Counted from the first letter of the stretch, positions 23,410 through 35,872 are shown. The stretch: DNA of 64,000 nucleotides from Squalus acanthias (GCA_030390025.1 CM059425.1:20212001-20276000); one strand, 5' to 3'. The notes: generated by a model not told the origin, from the sequence alone. Translations and numbers: made by a program.

Positions 23410-23615
23410 ATAGAATTTTACAGCACAGAAAAAGGCCATTCGGCCCATTGTGCCTGTGCCGGCTCTTTGAACGAGCGATCCAATTAGTCCCACTTCCCTG
23501 CTCTTTCCCCATAGCCCTGCAAATCTTATCCCTTTCAAATATTAATCCAATTCCCTTTTGAAAGTTACTATTGACTCTGCTTCCACCGCCCTTTCAGGCA
23601 GTGCGTTCCAGATCG
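23410..23615 (-). mobile_element. CR1/HER1 3' end
   Basis: atagaattttacagcacagaaaaaggccattcggccc...cctttcaggcagtgcgttccagatc; close copy at 60035-60280. Confidence 0.85.
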
Positions 23616-23944
23616 TATTTTATCCCGTGTAGCAGTTTATTTATTGCACCTTGTAAGCTACGGGTATTGATGGGCGGTAGATGTGCTGCTTCGTGCTCGT
23701 CCGGTCGAAGCTGCGGCCAGTTGGAAGGTGCCGGTTTTCTTCCGCCTACATTACGAAGAGTTTTCTAGCCGCCTGGGCAGTCAGCTGAGCAATGAGAAAC
23801 TGGCCCGATCAAGGCAGGCAGATTCCAATCCCAGCCAACCTTTTGGGTGCTTTCCCACCCACAGTGCCAGTGCTCTGCGTACCACTTCAAATACACAATA
23901 CTGCTATCACTCGAGTGGTATCAGTAATGGCTACCCTGTATATA

Positions 23945-24100
23945 CATGAGAACATAAGAAATAGGAGCAGGAGTAGGCCATTCGGCCCCTCGAGCCTGCT
24001 CCGCCATCCAATCAAATCATGGCTGATCTGATCTTGGCCTCAACTCCACTTTCCTGCCTGCTCCCCATAACCCTTGACTCCCCTGTTGCTCAAATATCTG
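23945..24100 (-). mobile_element. CR1/HER1 3' tail
   Basis: catgagaacataagaaataggagcaggagtaggccattcggcccctcgagcctgctccgcc. Confidence 0.88.
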
Positions 24101-24194
24101 CCCATCATTATTGTAAAGAAAAAGCTGCTGTTGGAATGAATTCCATTTTGTAGGAGATTGGGTGTTACATGGAGTGAAACCACTGCCTTTCCCT

Positions 24195-24490
24195 CACTGA
24201 CCCAGTTGGTAGCTAAGCCATGCAGACCAGAAGATCCAGGCTTGTTTCCCATTCTGTGCTGAGCTAGCCGAGTAGAGGTCACAGAGTCATAACGGCACAG
24301 AAGGAGGCCATTCGGCCCATCGAGTCCGTGCCGGCCCGCTGCAGAGCAGGTGCTACAATTGGCTTCAACACCGCCCCCTCTGAGCTAAGAAGGGGAAAAT
24401 CAGCCGTTGTTCCCTCTCCTGACCACTCATCGATGACACCTGCTGAGAAGATGTTGGGTGAAGACAGGATTGGGCTCAGCTATAAGCCCC
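24195..24490 (+). mobile_element. AmnSINE2-like SINE with nested CR1 tail (~24278-24345)
   Basis: agccatgcagaccagaag...tctgtgctgagctagc [CR1 tail] ggtgctacaattggcttca...aggggaaaatcagcc...gggtgaagacaggattgggctcagct. Confidence 0.65.
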
Positions 24491-24771
24491 CTGCCCACCC
24501 TCCCCCCCCACTCCCCGTACTTTGCTGACATTCAATTTCTGGAAGAATATGAGGAACTGCTGCTATGCGGGGGGGGGCGGGGAGGGGGTGTTAATCGGAG
24601 AGCTGCTGACACCCCTGCAATCTGACCCCAACAAGAGTCAGCCCCTCCAACAGAAGAGGGAAGAAAATTGTTAATTTTTTTAAAGGAATAAAAACCACCC
24701 TTCACCTTTTGTGATGTGGGTACAAATCCAACCAAGACTTAAGGAAATTTGCTTCTGAGAGCCCAATATGA

Positions 24772-24875
24772 AAGAAATACGTGCATTGATTCAGCGCCTT
24801 GTACGGCCTCGGGACATCCCAAAGCGCTTTACAACCAATGAAATACTTGTTGAAGCGTCGTCGCTAATGTAGGAA
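24772..24875 (-). mobile_element. SacSINE1-like tail
   Basis: gcgccttgtacggcctcgggacatcccaaagcgctttacaaccaatgaaatactt. Confidence 0.75.
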
Positions 24876-25854
24876 TGAAGTTTCGGGCAGTCTGGAGCAG
24901 GCTGCTAGTGAATGACTAAACCGCCCATATAATTCAGCGTTAGTTGGACTTTCTCCAAGAGGCCATAAAGGTGGCTGGTGTGGGAAATCAAAATGTCACA
25001 CTGGTGCAGTATGAGTGCTTTTCTGAGTGTGCGGTTAATACGGAATGGCAATTCCAGGGGGTGAGATTGTGAAACGTTGGCTAATTTTGAAGTCCTGTTA
25101 CATTATCCAGAGCAGCGAGCTGCTGGCTACTGATTCCCGAGTACCCTGTGGTATGGCAGTGGCTCCAAGATCCCAGACAATATTATTAATGGTGAGGGGT
25201 TCGACTTAAAGCATTCGTACGGTCTGAAGCTTAAACCTGGAGGAGTGCGGGCCGGACGGAATCTTAGGCCGGGCCAGACTTGAGAAACCTGGGCTAAGTC
25301 TTAATAATTCACCCGCTATAAGCAGTAAGCGCTGGTCTGCAGCACGTTGTGTGATAGCTGTTGTACTGCTCACTGGAGCACTGTGGTTAGTGGTAGTTTT
25401 GGTGGGACCCCCCCCCCGTACCCAGACGTAGTGTGCTCTCCGGTAATCTGGCCGGACACTGCCCTGACCGAGATTGCAGGAAGACCTTTGGAACTTGAAC
25501 GCGAGATCTTCAGGTTGAGAACAAGCTACCGTATTATAGCTTTTACCCCGAATCATTTTAAAAAAAAATGACATAACTGAGGAAAATTAAATTAGCATTG
25601 CACCTCCGCAAGATGTACTTGATGAGGAACCACTTTAAAAAAAAAATCTTCAATGATTAAGTTTTAAAAAGTGCGTGGAAAGAAGGGAAGAAAGGAAGTG
25701 GTCCTTCAGAGGACATTCAAGTCAATCAGTGTTGTCCAATAGAAATTGCTGACTCGCCACATGCACTTATTTTAGTAGAAAAGGCCTAACATACACTCAC
25801 ACAATACCAGTAAATCTACGGGTATGGCAACGTCGTGGTTATGTTGCTAGACTA

Positions 25855-26076
25855 AAGAAAAACTCTTGCATTTCTATAGCGCCTTTCACGACCTCAAGAC
25901 GTCCCAAAGCGCTTTGCAGTCAGCGAAGTACTTTTTAAAGTGTAGTCACTCCTGTAATGTGGGAAGCGCGGCAGCCAACTTGCGCACAGCAAGCTCCCAC
26001 AAACTGCAATGTGATAATGACCAGATAATCTGTTATTTTTTAGTGATGTTGGTTGAAGGATAAATATTGGCCAGGA
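25855..26076 (-). mobile_element. SacSINE1-like 3' half nested in the head of a third-family SINE
   Basis: Flanks gggtatggcaacgtcgtggttatgttgctagacta (25820-25854) and ggactagcaatcca reconstruct the head seen at 33896-33940. Confidence 0.85.
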
Positions 26077-27042
26077 CTAGCAATCCAAAGGGCGAGCAAG
26101 GTTCTGAAACGAGGAAGATGCTGCAGTTCTGTGTCATTGCTCGATAGAGTTACGTAGCTCTCCTGCCCAGCTGAGCTGCTATTTTTTTTTTTCTGTTGCA
26201 GTCTCTTAAGTAAATGAGTACAGCTCTCCTGGATAATGTGCTTATTAATCCATATTCAACTCACAATTGTGGTGTCACGTTCAAAGCCATTAATGATTTA
26301 ATAAGCGACTCACTGGATCAAAAAAAATACTAAAACAAACTGACACTGAAAGCGTTGTAAGATCTGCCCTTTTTGCAGTTGATCTCTGTTTCTTCTTCGT
26401 CATTGCTTATTTTATTTGTGTTGTTTGTAATGTCGACAGTGCAGTTCTACAATTTAATACTGGCCCCCCTGTCCTTAGGCTGGTAGCAAAGTGTTTGTCC
26501 ACAGCAGCTTTTCTCACTCACTGCTCATTAAAGCAGATGCACTAAAAGAAATAATTGTGTAATAATGCCATCTACTTGACACGTAGTTTTTGTTTGGATT
26601 TGCATGTTACTTGCCCGGCCACATCTCCGCCGTCCGCAGACCCTGCGATGAGGGGAGGAGAAGGTGACGGTTCAGCCCACTGGCCATGTCCATGGTCCCT
26701 GCAAATGCTAATCATTAGTTGATTTACTGCAGTGTTGTCCAATACATTAGACACTAGCCACATGTGGCTAATTCAGAATCCAGATGTGGCTAATTGCATT
26801 TCTGATTAGTAAGTAAAAAATGAGTAATAGACTGTTGTTGGGCGCGTGAGCTCAATACTCCTACTCGCACGGTGTGTGCATGTGCACTTTAACCTTTTTG
26901 TCCGTTTGTTGGTAAAATGGTGAAACTAAAAGCAGGGTGTGCGAGTCTTTTCTGATTGTTGTGCGTGCTTTTACTTCCTTGGGTACTGAATGGTGGCAGA
27001 TGTTTGTTCAGTAAATAGACCCGTGAAGTACATTTACTTAAA

Positions 27043-27485
27043 TTTATTCAAGTCTCGGGATGTGGGCGGCACTGGCAAGCTGGCATTTATTGCCCATCTC
27101 TAGTTGCCCCTGAAGAGGTGGTGGTGGGCCACCTTCTTTTAAGTAGTGGTTTGATACAGCTGAGTGGCTTGCTAGGGCCACATAAGAGGGCAGTTAAGAG
27201 TCAACCATGCTGGTGTGGGACTGGAGTCACATATAGGCCAGACCGGGTAAGGATGGCAGGTTTCCTTCCCCGAAGGACATTGGTGAACCAGTTGGGTTTT
27301 TACGACAATCCAACAGCTCCATGGTCACTTTTACTGATGGCAGCTTTTTATTTCCAGATTTTTTAAAAAACAAATTCAAATTCTCAAACTACCATGGTGG
27401 GATTTGAACTCGTGTTTTCGGGATTGTTAGTCCATGGCCTCTGGATCACTCGCCCAGTAACATAACCACCAGACTACCGTACCCC
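27043..27485 (-). mobile_element. Third-family tRNA-headed SINE, near full length
   Basis: Reverse complement of 33896-34324 and 52352-52744; B box gagttcaaatccc; tail gggcaataaatgccagcttgccag...cccacatcccg. Confidence 0.85.
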
Positions 27486-28104
27486 TATATATGCACATAC
27501 ATATAATATATACACACATGCAAACCCATGGAGCGAGGAGGAGTCTGCGATGCTGTGCTCATATGATGCCTAGGGTTGGATGCCAGGGCCACAGCTTTGT
27601 AGTCCCATCACCAACCCAAGCTTCCTTACTGGGAGCACGAGATTCCTTTGAATCACTTCTTTAGGATTTCAGTGAGGTGCAGTGGTAGACCTGCGAACTT
27701 AAAAAAAAAAACTATGTCCAGTTGAACCGTGAAAAGGTAGGAAGGAACTCGATAAAGACTTGGAAGATGATGAAAAGGTGCAGGGAAGTGGAGTTACAGT
27801 TGGGGTACATCTGAGGTGGAGCTAGCAAAGGGCACCTTCTCCTGTGCTGATTTTGGATTCTGTAATTTTTGCCCTGCCAAAGTTGTTTGTGCCTAGAGAG
27901 AGAATTTGGAGCGATATAATACGGAGGTGAGCACAGGTCACGGGGCTGACTATCAGCCACTGGCAATGGTTGCGGTAGGAGCAGTTTGAGATTAAGAAGG
28001 GAGTATCGCCCATGAAGCACATGTGGCACATATATGTCATTCCCCACCCCCCCCACCCCCCGTCGCATATTGGTACTAATCCCGGTAACAACATTGAGTA
28101 ATGC

Positions 28105-28400
28105 AGAATCATAGAAGTTTACAGCATAGAAGGAGGCCATTCATCCCATCGTGTCTGTGCCGGAGCAATCCAAAACTAATCCCGCTGCCCCGTGCTCTCC
28201 CTATAGCCCTTGCTCTGCTTTAAATATTTACCTAGTGTTCCCTTCAAAGGTGGAATGGTCTCTGCCTCAAGCACTCCTGTTGGCCAGGCATTCCATGCTT
28301 CAAAAGCTCTCTGCGTAAAGAAATTTCTCCTACCCATTCTTCTCACTCTCATAGTGACCATTTTAAATTGATGACTCCTTGTAACAGAGGAAAGAGTCTG
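28105..28400 (-). mobile_element. CR1/HER1 LINE 3' end
   Basis: Peptide RVRRMGRRNFFTQRAFEAWNAWPTGVLEAETI..LK..LGKYLK (CR1 'FFTQR...WN.LP' motif) plus agaatcatagaa tail. Confidence 0.88.
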
Positions 28401-30589
28401 ATATACATTGCCAGCTTTGATATCCCACCAGTGACTTTATGTACAAATTCATACGGAACTACTTGATGGCCTGGAAAATTTTTAGGAAACACAACACAGA
28501 TAAAGTCGTTAAGAAAGACCGCAGAAAGAACCACCTCACAGGAACACGGCAATGACCCTAAACTTCGGTTGGGTTGAGCCAGTTAGGTTGTTCATATCTG
28601 GCTTCACACCCCCATTGTTTTTTGGTGACTGTGCATCAACTGAGCTGTTTAATGGAAGGCGAAATACATCATATATAAAAAAAAACAAAATGTTAATAAC
28701 CCGTTGCTAGTCTGATGGACTCTTTCATTGTAGTCTGGTGAAAGAAAAGCTAATCACTCAGTAGCTAGCCTGTGCCTCTTAATTACAGCGGCACTGACAT
28801 TTTTATAGACTGTGGCACATAGCCCGTGCAGCTGATAGCCCTAATGTGCACGACCATGACGCCTGCTCAGCTCAGAACTGAGTGTCGAGGCTTGTTTTTT
28901 TTTTCAATTCATTTCCAGCTTACGCCGGGGTTAAGTAGTGTAACTTTTCCCCCTCGTTCACCCTGCCATCAAAGGTAGGAGCCTACTCCTGGATTCCCCG
29001 GCCGTGTGGCCATCTCTCTCTCTCTCTCTCTCTCCCTCTCTCTCGATTGTCCTGTCTCCGTCGGAATATCCCAACGTCGAATCGCGCTGCCGAGTAAAAA
29101 GTGGCCGCACGATTCGAAGCCAGTAAAATCGGCCGCTCCCAACAGGTCTACAGAATAACCCTGCGCTCCCGCCTCAAGCGCACCCCAGGTTGAGAGACGT
29201 GAGTAATTCCTGGAGCAGAGTTGAAAAATGCAAGAGAAGGAAGCCAGGGTGGGCCAATTTGGCGATGGAAGCTCTACCACATTAATTCTCCAATTGTGGA
29301 GCTAACATGGGCGGGGAAAGGGCAGGGGGTGGGATTTCAGAATGGGTCAGGGAACCACTTCCTTTCATCAAGCCTCCGCTACATCCCAGACAGTCAGTTT
29401 CTGAATCATGATGTAATTGTCTTCCAATCAGAATGATTTGCTTTCACTGGTGGGCACACCTTCTAATTCATTGGCCAGTAATCCAACCTTCGACGGCTTT
29501 GAACAGAGACCTCTCGTGATGTCAGTGGGGGAATGTACTGGGGAAGATGGGCAATTCTTTCCTCAAATAATACATTAAACATGTTGAAAATTGTGATTAT
29601 ATATATATAAAAAATTAAATCTAAAAAATTGCTCTTAATACAGATGTTTTAACTTCAGAAAAAATATATAAAAGATTTAATGAGCTGCATACCAGGTGCC
29701 TGTTCGCTTTGACCCTTCAGCGTAGGACAGGGTCACGGGGAGCAGCTCCCTCTGCTTATTGTGCCACATTCAACACCTTCCCACTGCCACCGCATCCTGA
29801 GGAGAATGAAGGGTGTGGGCACTCTTCAAAGGTGACTGCGAGCTGTTGTCTAGCGACTGATTAGTCGGTATAACCGATACAAAGTAGAGTATTAAAAAAA
29901 AAAATCCATACCTCAGTCACGAGAACACCCTGTGGATTGGCAGTTCCCTTTTTATTGTTATGCGTGATTTATACTGTCACGGTTGCGATGAAGTCCCTTG
30001 TGTGTGTGTGTAAAAAAAAAAAATTGGCCCCTTTCTTGGGGAACAAAAGATTGAGTCCTTTTTAAGCAAGGTGTTCTTATTAACGAGGTTTCAATTGACT
30101 GTAATGAAGTAATATTTATACTGTAACAGTTTAAAAAAAAAATAAGGTTCAGAAGAGAGTACACACATAAGGAACTTAATGGGACGGCACGACACAGAAC
30201 CATAAATTATACAGGGAAAAATAAATGGCCATTGGCCCAGAAATCCTGTGTAGATTGAACTGTGATTAACCCTAACTTTACTGAATGAATGGGAACTTGT
30301 CCCATTGGCACGTTGAACATTATGTCTATTGATTTGGAGAGCTGAATTACACATGGTGTGTTATAGTCTGAGCTGCTGCTATATTAACCCACTGTTGGCG
30401 CAGCCCGGAAACAGACGTTTACTGGAAGGGATTTGTCAAGGCCAACATTAACCGGTTAGGATGTGTTGCTATCCGTCTGTAACCAACCCCAACCCCACAA
30501 TCCTTTCCAAGCTTCTGCTCTGACTTGTTGTTAGGGCTTCACAGTTGCGGGCTGCTTTCCGGGGTTTGAAAACTGGGGGGGGGGCTTTC

Positions 30590-30735
30590 TTCAGCCATGC
30601 ACCTGTAAATGGTGGCGGGGGTGGGGGGGGCGGGCAGAGACATTAGTGCAATCCTGTCCTTGGATAGTGATCAGGAGTGGCTGATCCTTCTCTTTCCTAA
30701 CCCAGGGGTGCAAAGGCCAATTGCACCGTCCCTCC
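30590..30735 (-). mobile_element. AmnSINE2-like fragment
   Basis: tggatagtgatcaggagtggctgat...cctaacccaggggtgcaaaggccaattg. Confidence 0.55.
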
Positions 30736-31644
30736 TGCCACAAAATTATTTTTTTTAACAGCTTCGAGGGTTGATTTCCCAAACGCATGCTCCTGGAGCG
30801 GAGCCCTTCCTTGCTGGGAATCGTGGGCACCATGCCTCGTACTGGGAGCGGGCATTCGAAAAATAATCATCTCTTTAGTGTTACTGCAAATGTGTTGGAC
30901 TCAATAAAGTATGTCTCTGTACAGCATGGAGTGAGAGTATTTGTGTGTATGAAATACAGGCTGATGGATTGGCACAGGTGGATCAATGCATGATGCAGGT
31001 TTCCAAGTCAGATTACTGGAAAATCTACTGCTTTACTTTCAGTGGCAGGTGTAGAACAGATTACAGACAATACTGACTTTAACCTTTTATTAAATCACCA
31101 ACCTTTTAAATGATTTATTCCCTGCCCTCCCACATAAAATTGCGACTATTTATTTTGTACCACTCTACGAAAAAAAAGGATGTCTGGCAATTTTTTTTCT
31201 TTCCCAGCAGTCATTCAGTTTCACATGTCCACCAATGTGACACCTCCCATAGTCTATCCGAATGGGCTGCCTCTAATATAACTCGTAGTCATTCAATGTC
31301 GCTGTGAAATGCAGTGTGACATCTCCCCGGGGAGCTCAACAGATCATTTCAATAATTGAAAGGGCACATGGAGCTGCCATATGACAGCTTTCCTGTTGAG
31401 TTCAATTAACCCTTTCTTTACTTTTCATGACTGCGGTATTGTTTGAAGCATTTCTTTAATTTAATCCCGGCCCCGTGCATCGTATGCAATTATTTAATTG
31501 AATTGTGCTTCTGAAAAACACAAACTGTCTGACTTACAAAGGCCGGACCCAGTAGATTATTTTTTTAGGAACCTCTAGCTACTTGTGTGTGGCCGCATGA
31601 GAACGTCAGGTATTTCCCACTACTTCACTTTACATATAGGGTAT

Positions 31645-32915
31645 GTACACACTATACACACACACACTCACTATAGACACACTAACTCTACACACACTAA
31701 CTCACTATACACACACACTCACTATACACACGCTAACTCACTATACACACACACACTCACTATACACACACACACTCACTATACACACACTAACTCACTA
31801 TACACACACACACTCACTATACACACACTAACTCACTATACACACACACTCAGTATAGACACACTAACTCACTATACACACACACTCACTATAGACACAC
31901 TAACTCACTATACACACACACTCACTATACACACACACACTCACTATAGATACACTAACTCTACACACACTAACTCACTATACATACATACACTCACTAT
32001 AGACACACTAACTCACTATACACACGCTAACTCACTATACACACACTAACTCACTATACATACACACACTCACTATAGACACACTAACTCACTATACACA
32101 CACTAACTCACTATATACACACACACTCACTATAGACACACTAACTCACTATACACACGCTAACTCACTATACACACGCTAACTCACTATATACACACAC
32201 AGTCACTATAGACACACTAACTCACTATACACACGCTAACTCACTATACACACGCTAACTCACTATATACACACACTCACTATAGACACACTAACTCACT
32301 ATACACACACTAACTCACTATACACACACTAACTCACTATACACACGCTAACTCACTATACACACGCTAACTCACTATACACACACTAACTCACTATACA
32401 CACGCTAACTCAGTATACACACACTAACTCACTATACACACACTCACTATAGACACACTAACTCACTATACACACTAACTCACTATACACACGCTAACTC
32501 ACTATACACACACTAACTCACTATACACACACTAACTCACTATACACACACTCACTATAGACACACTAACTCACTATACACACTAACTCACTATACACAC
32601 GCTAACTCACTATACACACACTAACTCACTATACACACACTAACTCACTATACACACGCTAACTCACTATACACACACTCACTATAGACACACTAACTCA
32701 CTATACACACGCTAACTCACTATACACACGCTAACTCACTATACACACACTCACTATAGACACAGTAACTCACTATAGACACACTAACTCACGATAGACA
32801 CACAATCTCACTATAAACACACTAACTCACTATACACACACCAGCTCACTAAACACACACACTCACTATACACACACTCACTCACTATACACACAGACAC
32901 ATATACACACACACT
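31645..32915. repeat. ~1.27-kb CA-based minisatellite, units (CA)n-CTAACTCACTATA and (CA)n-CTCACTATAGA
   Basis: Dozens of ~16-24-bp variants of acacactaactcactatac, visible directly. Confidence 0.97.
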
Positions 32916-33399
32916 CCCTCCTTCCCTCTCTCTTGTTCTGTAGGGCAGAGTCCTCATGTTGCACTTGGATGCAAAGGTCCACCAGAGCACAGCACAAAGA
33001 GGGAAATCAGGCAGTAAGGATCACGCACTGTACGGCGCCCACAAATATTCCCCTTGTGCTCTGCACTGACAATCCTTTACCTCAAAGTGCAGTAAAAGGA
33101 AAATCTGCCCATTGCCTCTCACTCTGTCACCGTCACACACGTACTCAAACGTTCTTCAATTCCATATGTTCTGTCCTTTTCACACTCTCAGTGCAAACTC
33201 TGTCTCTCACACTGCAATGCTCCTGTACTCTCTGTCCCCACACCCACCCTCACTCTCTCATGCACACTACCTCTCACACACAGAGGCGCATGTTTTCTCT
33301 CGGTCTCTGTCCGGCTTTCGATGGGGTTTCCTCCGGCAACAGGGGCGACAACTTCGAGCACCTGCCTTCTTTCCAGCTGACGTCAGGAGCAGAGAGGGG

Positions 33400-33458
33400 A
33401 TTTCTGGCACAGGCTCGATGGACTGAATGGCCATTCTGTGCTGTATCATTCTATGATT
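33400..33458 (+). mobile_element. CR1 3' tail micro-insertion
   Basis: tggcacaggctcgatggactgaatggccattctgtgctgtatcattctatgatt. Confidence 0.75.
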
Positions 33459-33497
33459 GGTGGGATGATGCCACCCACCAGAATTCCTGCCTCTCTT

Positions 33498-33580
33498 GCC
33501 TGGATTTGGTGCTCAAGACTCTGGAGTGGGACTTGAACCCACAACGTTCTGCGAGGGTGCGACTCACTGAGTCACGGCTG
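33498..33580 (-). mobile_element. SacSINE1-like head remnant
   Basis: gtgctcaagactctggagtgggacttgaacccacaac...cactgagtcacggctg. Confidence 0.75.
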
Positions 33581-33640
33581 GTTGGCATTGCGATTGGTGG
33601 AACATTCAGAGATGCAGCAGGGTTGCAGCAAGCTCGGGTC

Positions 33641-33894
33641 TTTTTTTATTCATTCACCGGATGTGGGCATCGCTGACAAGGCCGGCATTTACTGCCCATC
33701 CCTAATTGCCCTTGAGAAGGTGGTGAGCCGCCTTCTTGAACCGCTGCAGTCCGTGTGGTGAAGGTGCTCCCACAGTGCTGTTAGGGAGGGAGTTCCAGGA
33801 TTTTGACCCAGCGACGATGAAGGAACAGCGATATATTTCCAAGTCAGGATGGTGTATGACTTGGAAAGGAACTTGGAGATGCTGGTGTTCCCAT
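33641..33894 (-). mobile_element. 3' end of a CR1/L2-group LINE (partner of the third SINE family)
   Basis: Minus-strand frame reads ...HPDLEIYRCSFIVAGSKSWNSLPNSTVGAPSPHGLQRFKKAAHHLLKGN*, followed by a short UTR and gaatgaataaaaaaa. Confidence 0.8.
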
Positions 33895-33895
33895 A

Positions 33896-34324
33896 GGGGT
33901 ACGGTAGCATAGTGGTTATGTTACTGGACTAATAATATCAGAGATGTGACTTCAAATCCCACCACGGAATTTAATTTCAGTTAATAGAATATTAAATAAA
34001 TTTGGAATTAAAAACAATGAAACTACCAGATTGTTGGAAAAACCCAACTGATTCACTAATGTCCTTTTAGGGAAGACAATCTGGCCTATGTGTGACTCCA
34101 GACCCACAGCAATGCGACTCTTAAATGCCCACTGAAATGACCTAGCAAACCACTCAGTTGTACCAAACGGCTACGACAAAGTCAGCACCTTGACCACAAG
34201 GACTGCAGCGGTTCAAGAAGGCGATTCACCTCCACCTTCTCGAGGGCAATGAGAGAGATGGGCAATAAATGCCGGCCTTGCCAGCGACGCCCACATCCCG
34301 TGAACGAATAAATAAATTAAAAAA
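33896..34324 (+). mobile_element. Third-family tRNA-headed SINE, full length
   Basis: A box tagcatagtgg (33905-33915), B-box-like cttcaaatccc, body ctggcctatgtgtgactccagacccacagcaatg...ccactcagttgta, 3' ~115 bp matching the adjacent LINE tail. Confidence 0.85.
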
Positions 34325-35219
34325 GTCTGACACGCGAGGTTTAGAGGTCGCCAGGAAGAACACCTTCAGCAACGGAGGAGGGCGTCTTTAATCTGCTGTA
34401 AAGGTGCAAAAAGTTTGCTACGGATTTGATTACCTGATGGGCAGAAGAAGGAAGCCTTGCCCAGTGCACATAAATCTCCAGGAGCTTTCTAGCACGGCAC
34501 AAGTGAACTGCAACCAATAAAAATGATAAAGCACCTAACACTTCAAAACCTTTTCCAGAGTTGAAGGAAAATATGTTCACCTTCACATGCTTCAGCTAAT
34601 TCTTGATTAACCATTTCACCAACCCATTGTGTTCCCCACCCGAGAGCGGGCACACAGTTCTGGCTGTTGCAAAGTTCAGCTTTCCGTAGGGTTGGGGAAT
34701 CTTTCCAAAATTTGATGAATTTATAAAGGCAGTTTGCAGAATTTTTTTTTTCTTTTAAGGAGTCTACTTTATTTGAAGTGTTTGTGCAAATTGTTGTTTG
34801 TTTACTTGACGTGCACCGCCGTCTCACTCGTGAGGAACATTATCGGGGCAACACTTGCACGCAGCCTTTTCTGGCCAGCCCCTCCATCCCATTAAAACAA
34901 AGTTTGCGAGAACATTTTGGCCCTGTTTAAAAAGTCAGCAGGGCTCAGCTCCGCTAATTTCAGTTATTCCAAATATGTCAGAATTAATCACAGTTGTTAA
35001 CCTGCCTCTTGTATTCTGTGCACATTTCCTTTCCCTTTCCAAAATACAAAATTCTTGTTTGGCTCTTTATCTCTTTTGGCAGGAAAGGGCATATTATTAG
35101 GTGGAATACCAATTTTGAGATTTTGCTTTGCACTACAGACTCGCTGGCTAAGATTCGGTCCCTGGTGTGGTGACTTTGAAGGTTCATTACTTCTTTTTTA
35201 TATTTGTTCTCGGGAGAAA

Positions 35220-35513
35220 AAAAGAATGAACCGCATTTATATAGCAGCTTTCACGGCCTCGGGACGTCCCAAAGCGCTTGACAGCCAATGAAGTACTTTT
35301 GAAGTGCAGTCACTGTTGTAATGTAGGAAACGCGGCAGCCAATTTGTGCACAGCAAGCTCCCGCAAACAGCAATGTGATGTTGACCAGATAATCTTCTTT
35401 TCAGTGATGTTTGTTGAGGGATAAATGTTGGCCAGGACACCGGGGAGAACTTCCCTGCTCCTCTTCGAAATAGTGCCGTGAGAATCTTTTACGTCCACCT
35501 GAGAGGGCAGACG
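35220..35513 (-). mobile_element. SacSINE1-like, 5'-truncated
   Basis: gcatttatatagc...cgtccacctgagagggcagacgg. Confidence 0.9.
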
Positions 35514-35514
35514 G

Positions 35515-35680
35515 GTAACACGGCAAATGCTGGAAATTGAGCATAAAACCAAAAAATGCTCTGGGTGGGGCACCACACTGGAACTGATGAGTGTGACTTG
35601 CCTGAAGTCTCGGCCTGTCTTTCTCTTCCAAATGATGACTGGTTCCACTGTGTACTTCCAGCATTTCCTGGGTTTTACTA
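35515..35680. mobile_element. Degenerate Penelope-like inverted-arm relic (second family)
   Basis: gcaaatgctggaaat...aaaaaatgct / aaCTGATGAgtgtgacttgcctGAAg / cttccagcatttcctgggtttt. Confidence 0.45.
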
Positions 35681-35731
35681 CGGAATAAAAAATAAATCCC
35701 AGCAAACTGTTCACCGAACTGCAATTCTCTT

Positions 35732-35872
35732 AGAAACATAGGAACAGGAGTAGACCATTCAGCCCCTCAAGCCTGATCCATCATTCAATTAAACCATGGT
35801 TGATCGGTATCTTAACTCCATCTACCCTCCTCCCCCCATGGTTCCGTAACCCTTAATACACTTACCTAACAA
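35732..35872 (-). mobile_element. CR1/HER1 3' tail
   Basis: agaaacataggaacaggagtagaccattcagcccctcaagcctg...aacccttaatac. Confidence 0.85.

Noticed and set aside
31585-32915. His/Thr-rich ORFs or a CRISPR-like array
   Set aside because: Minisatellite with no unique spacers, eukaryotic context and no cas genes.
32933-33676. 247-aa ORF
   Set aside because: Non-ATG start; runs through CA/CT low complexity, a CR1 tail, a SINE head and a LINE tail.
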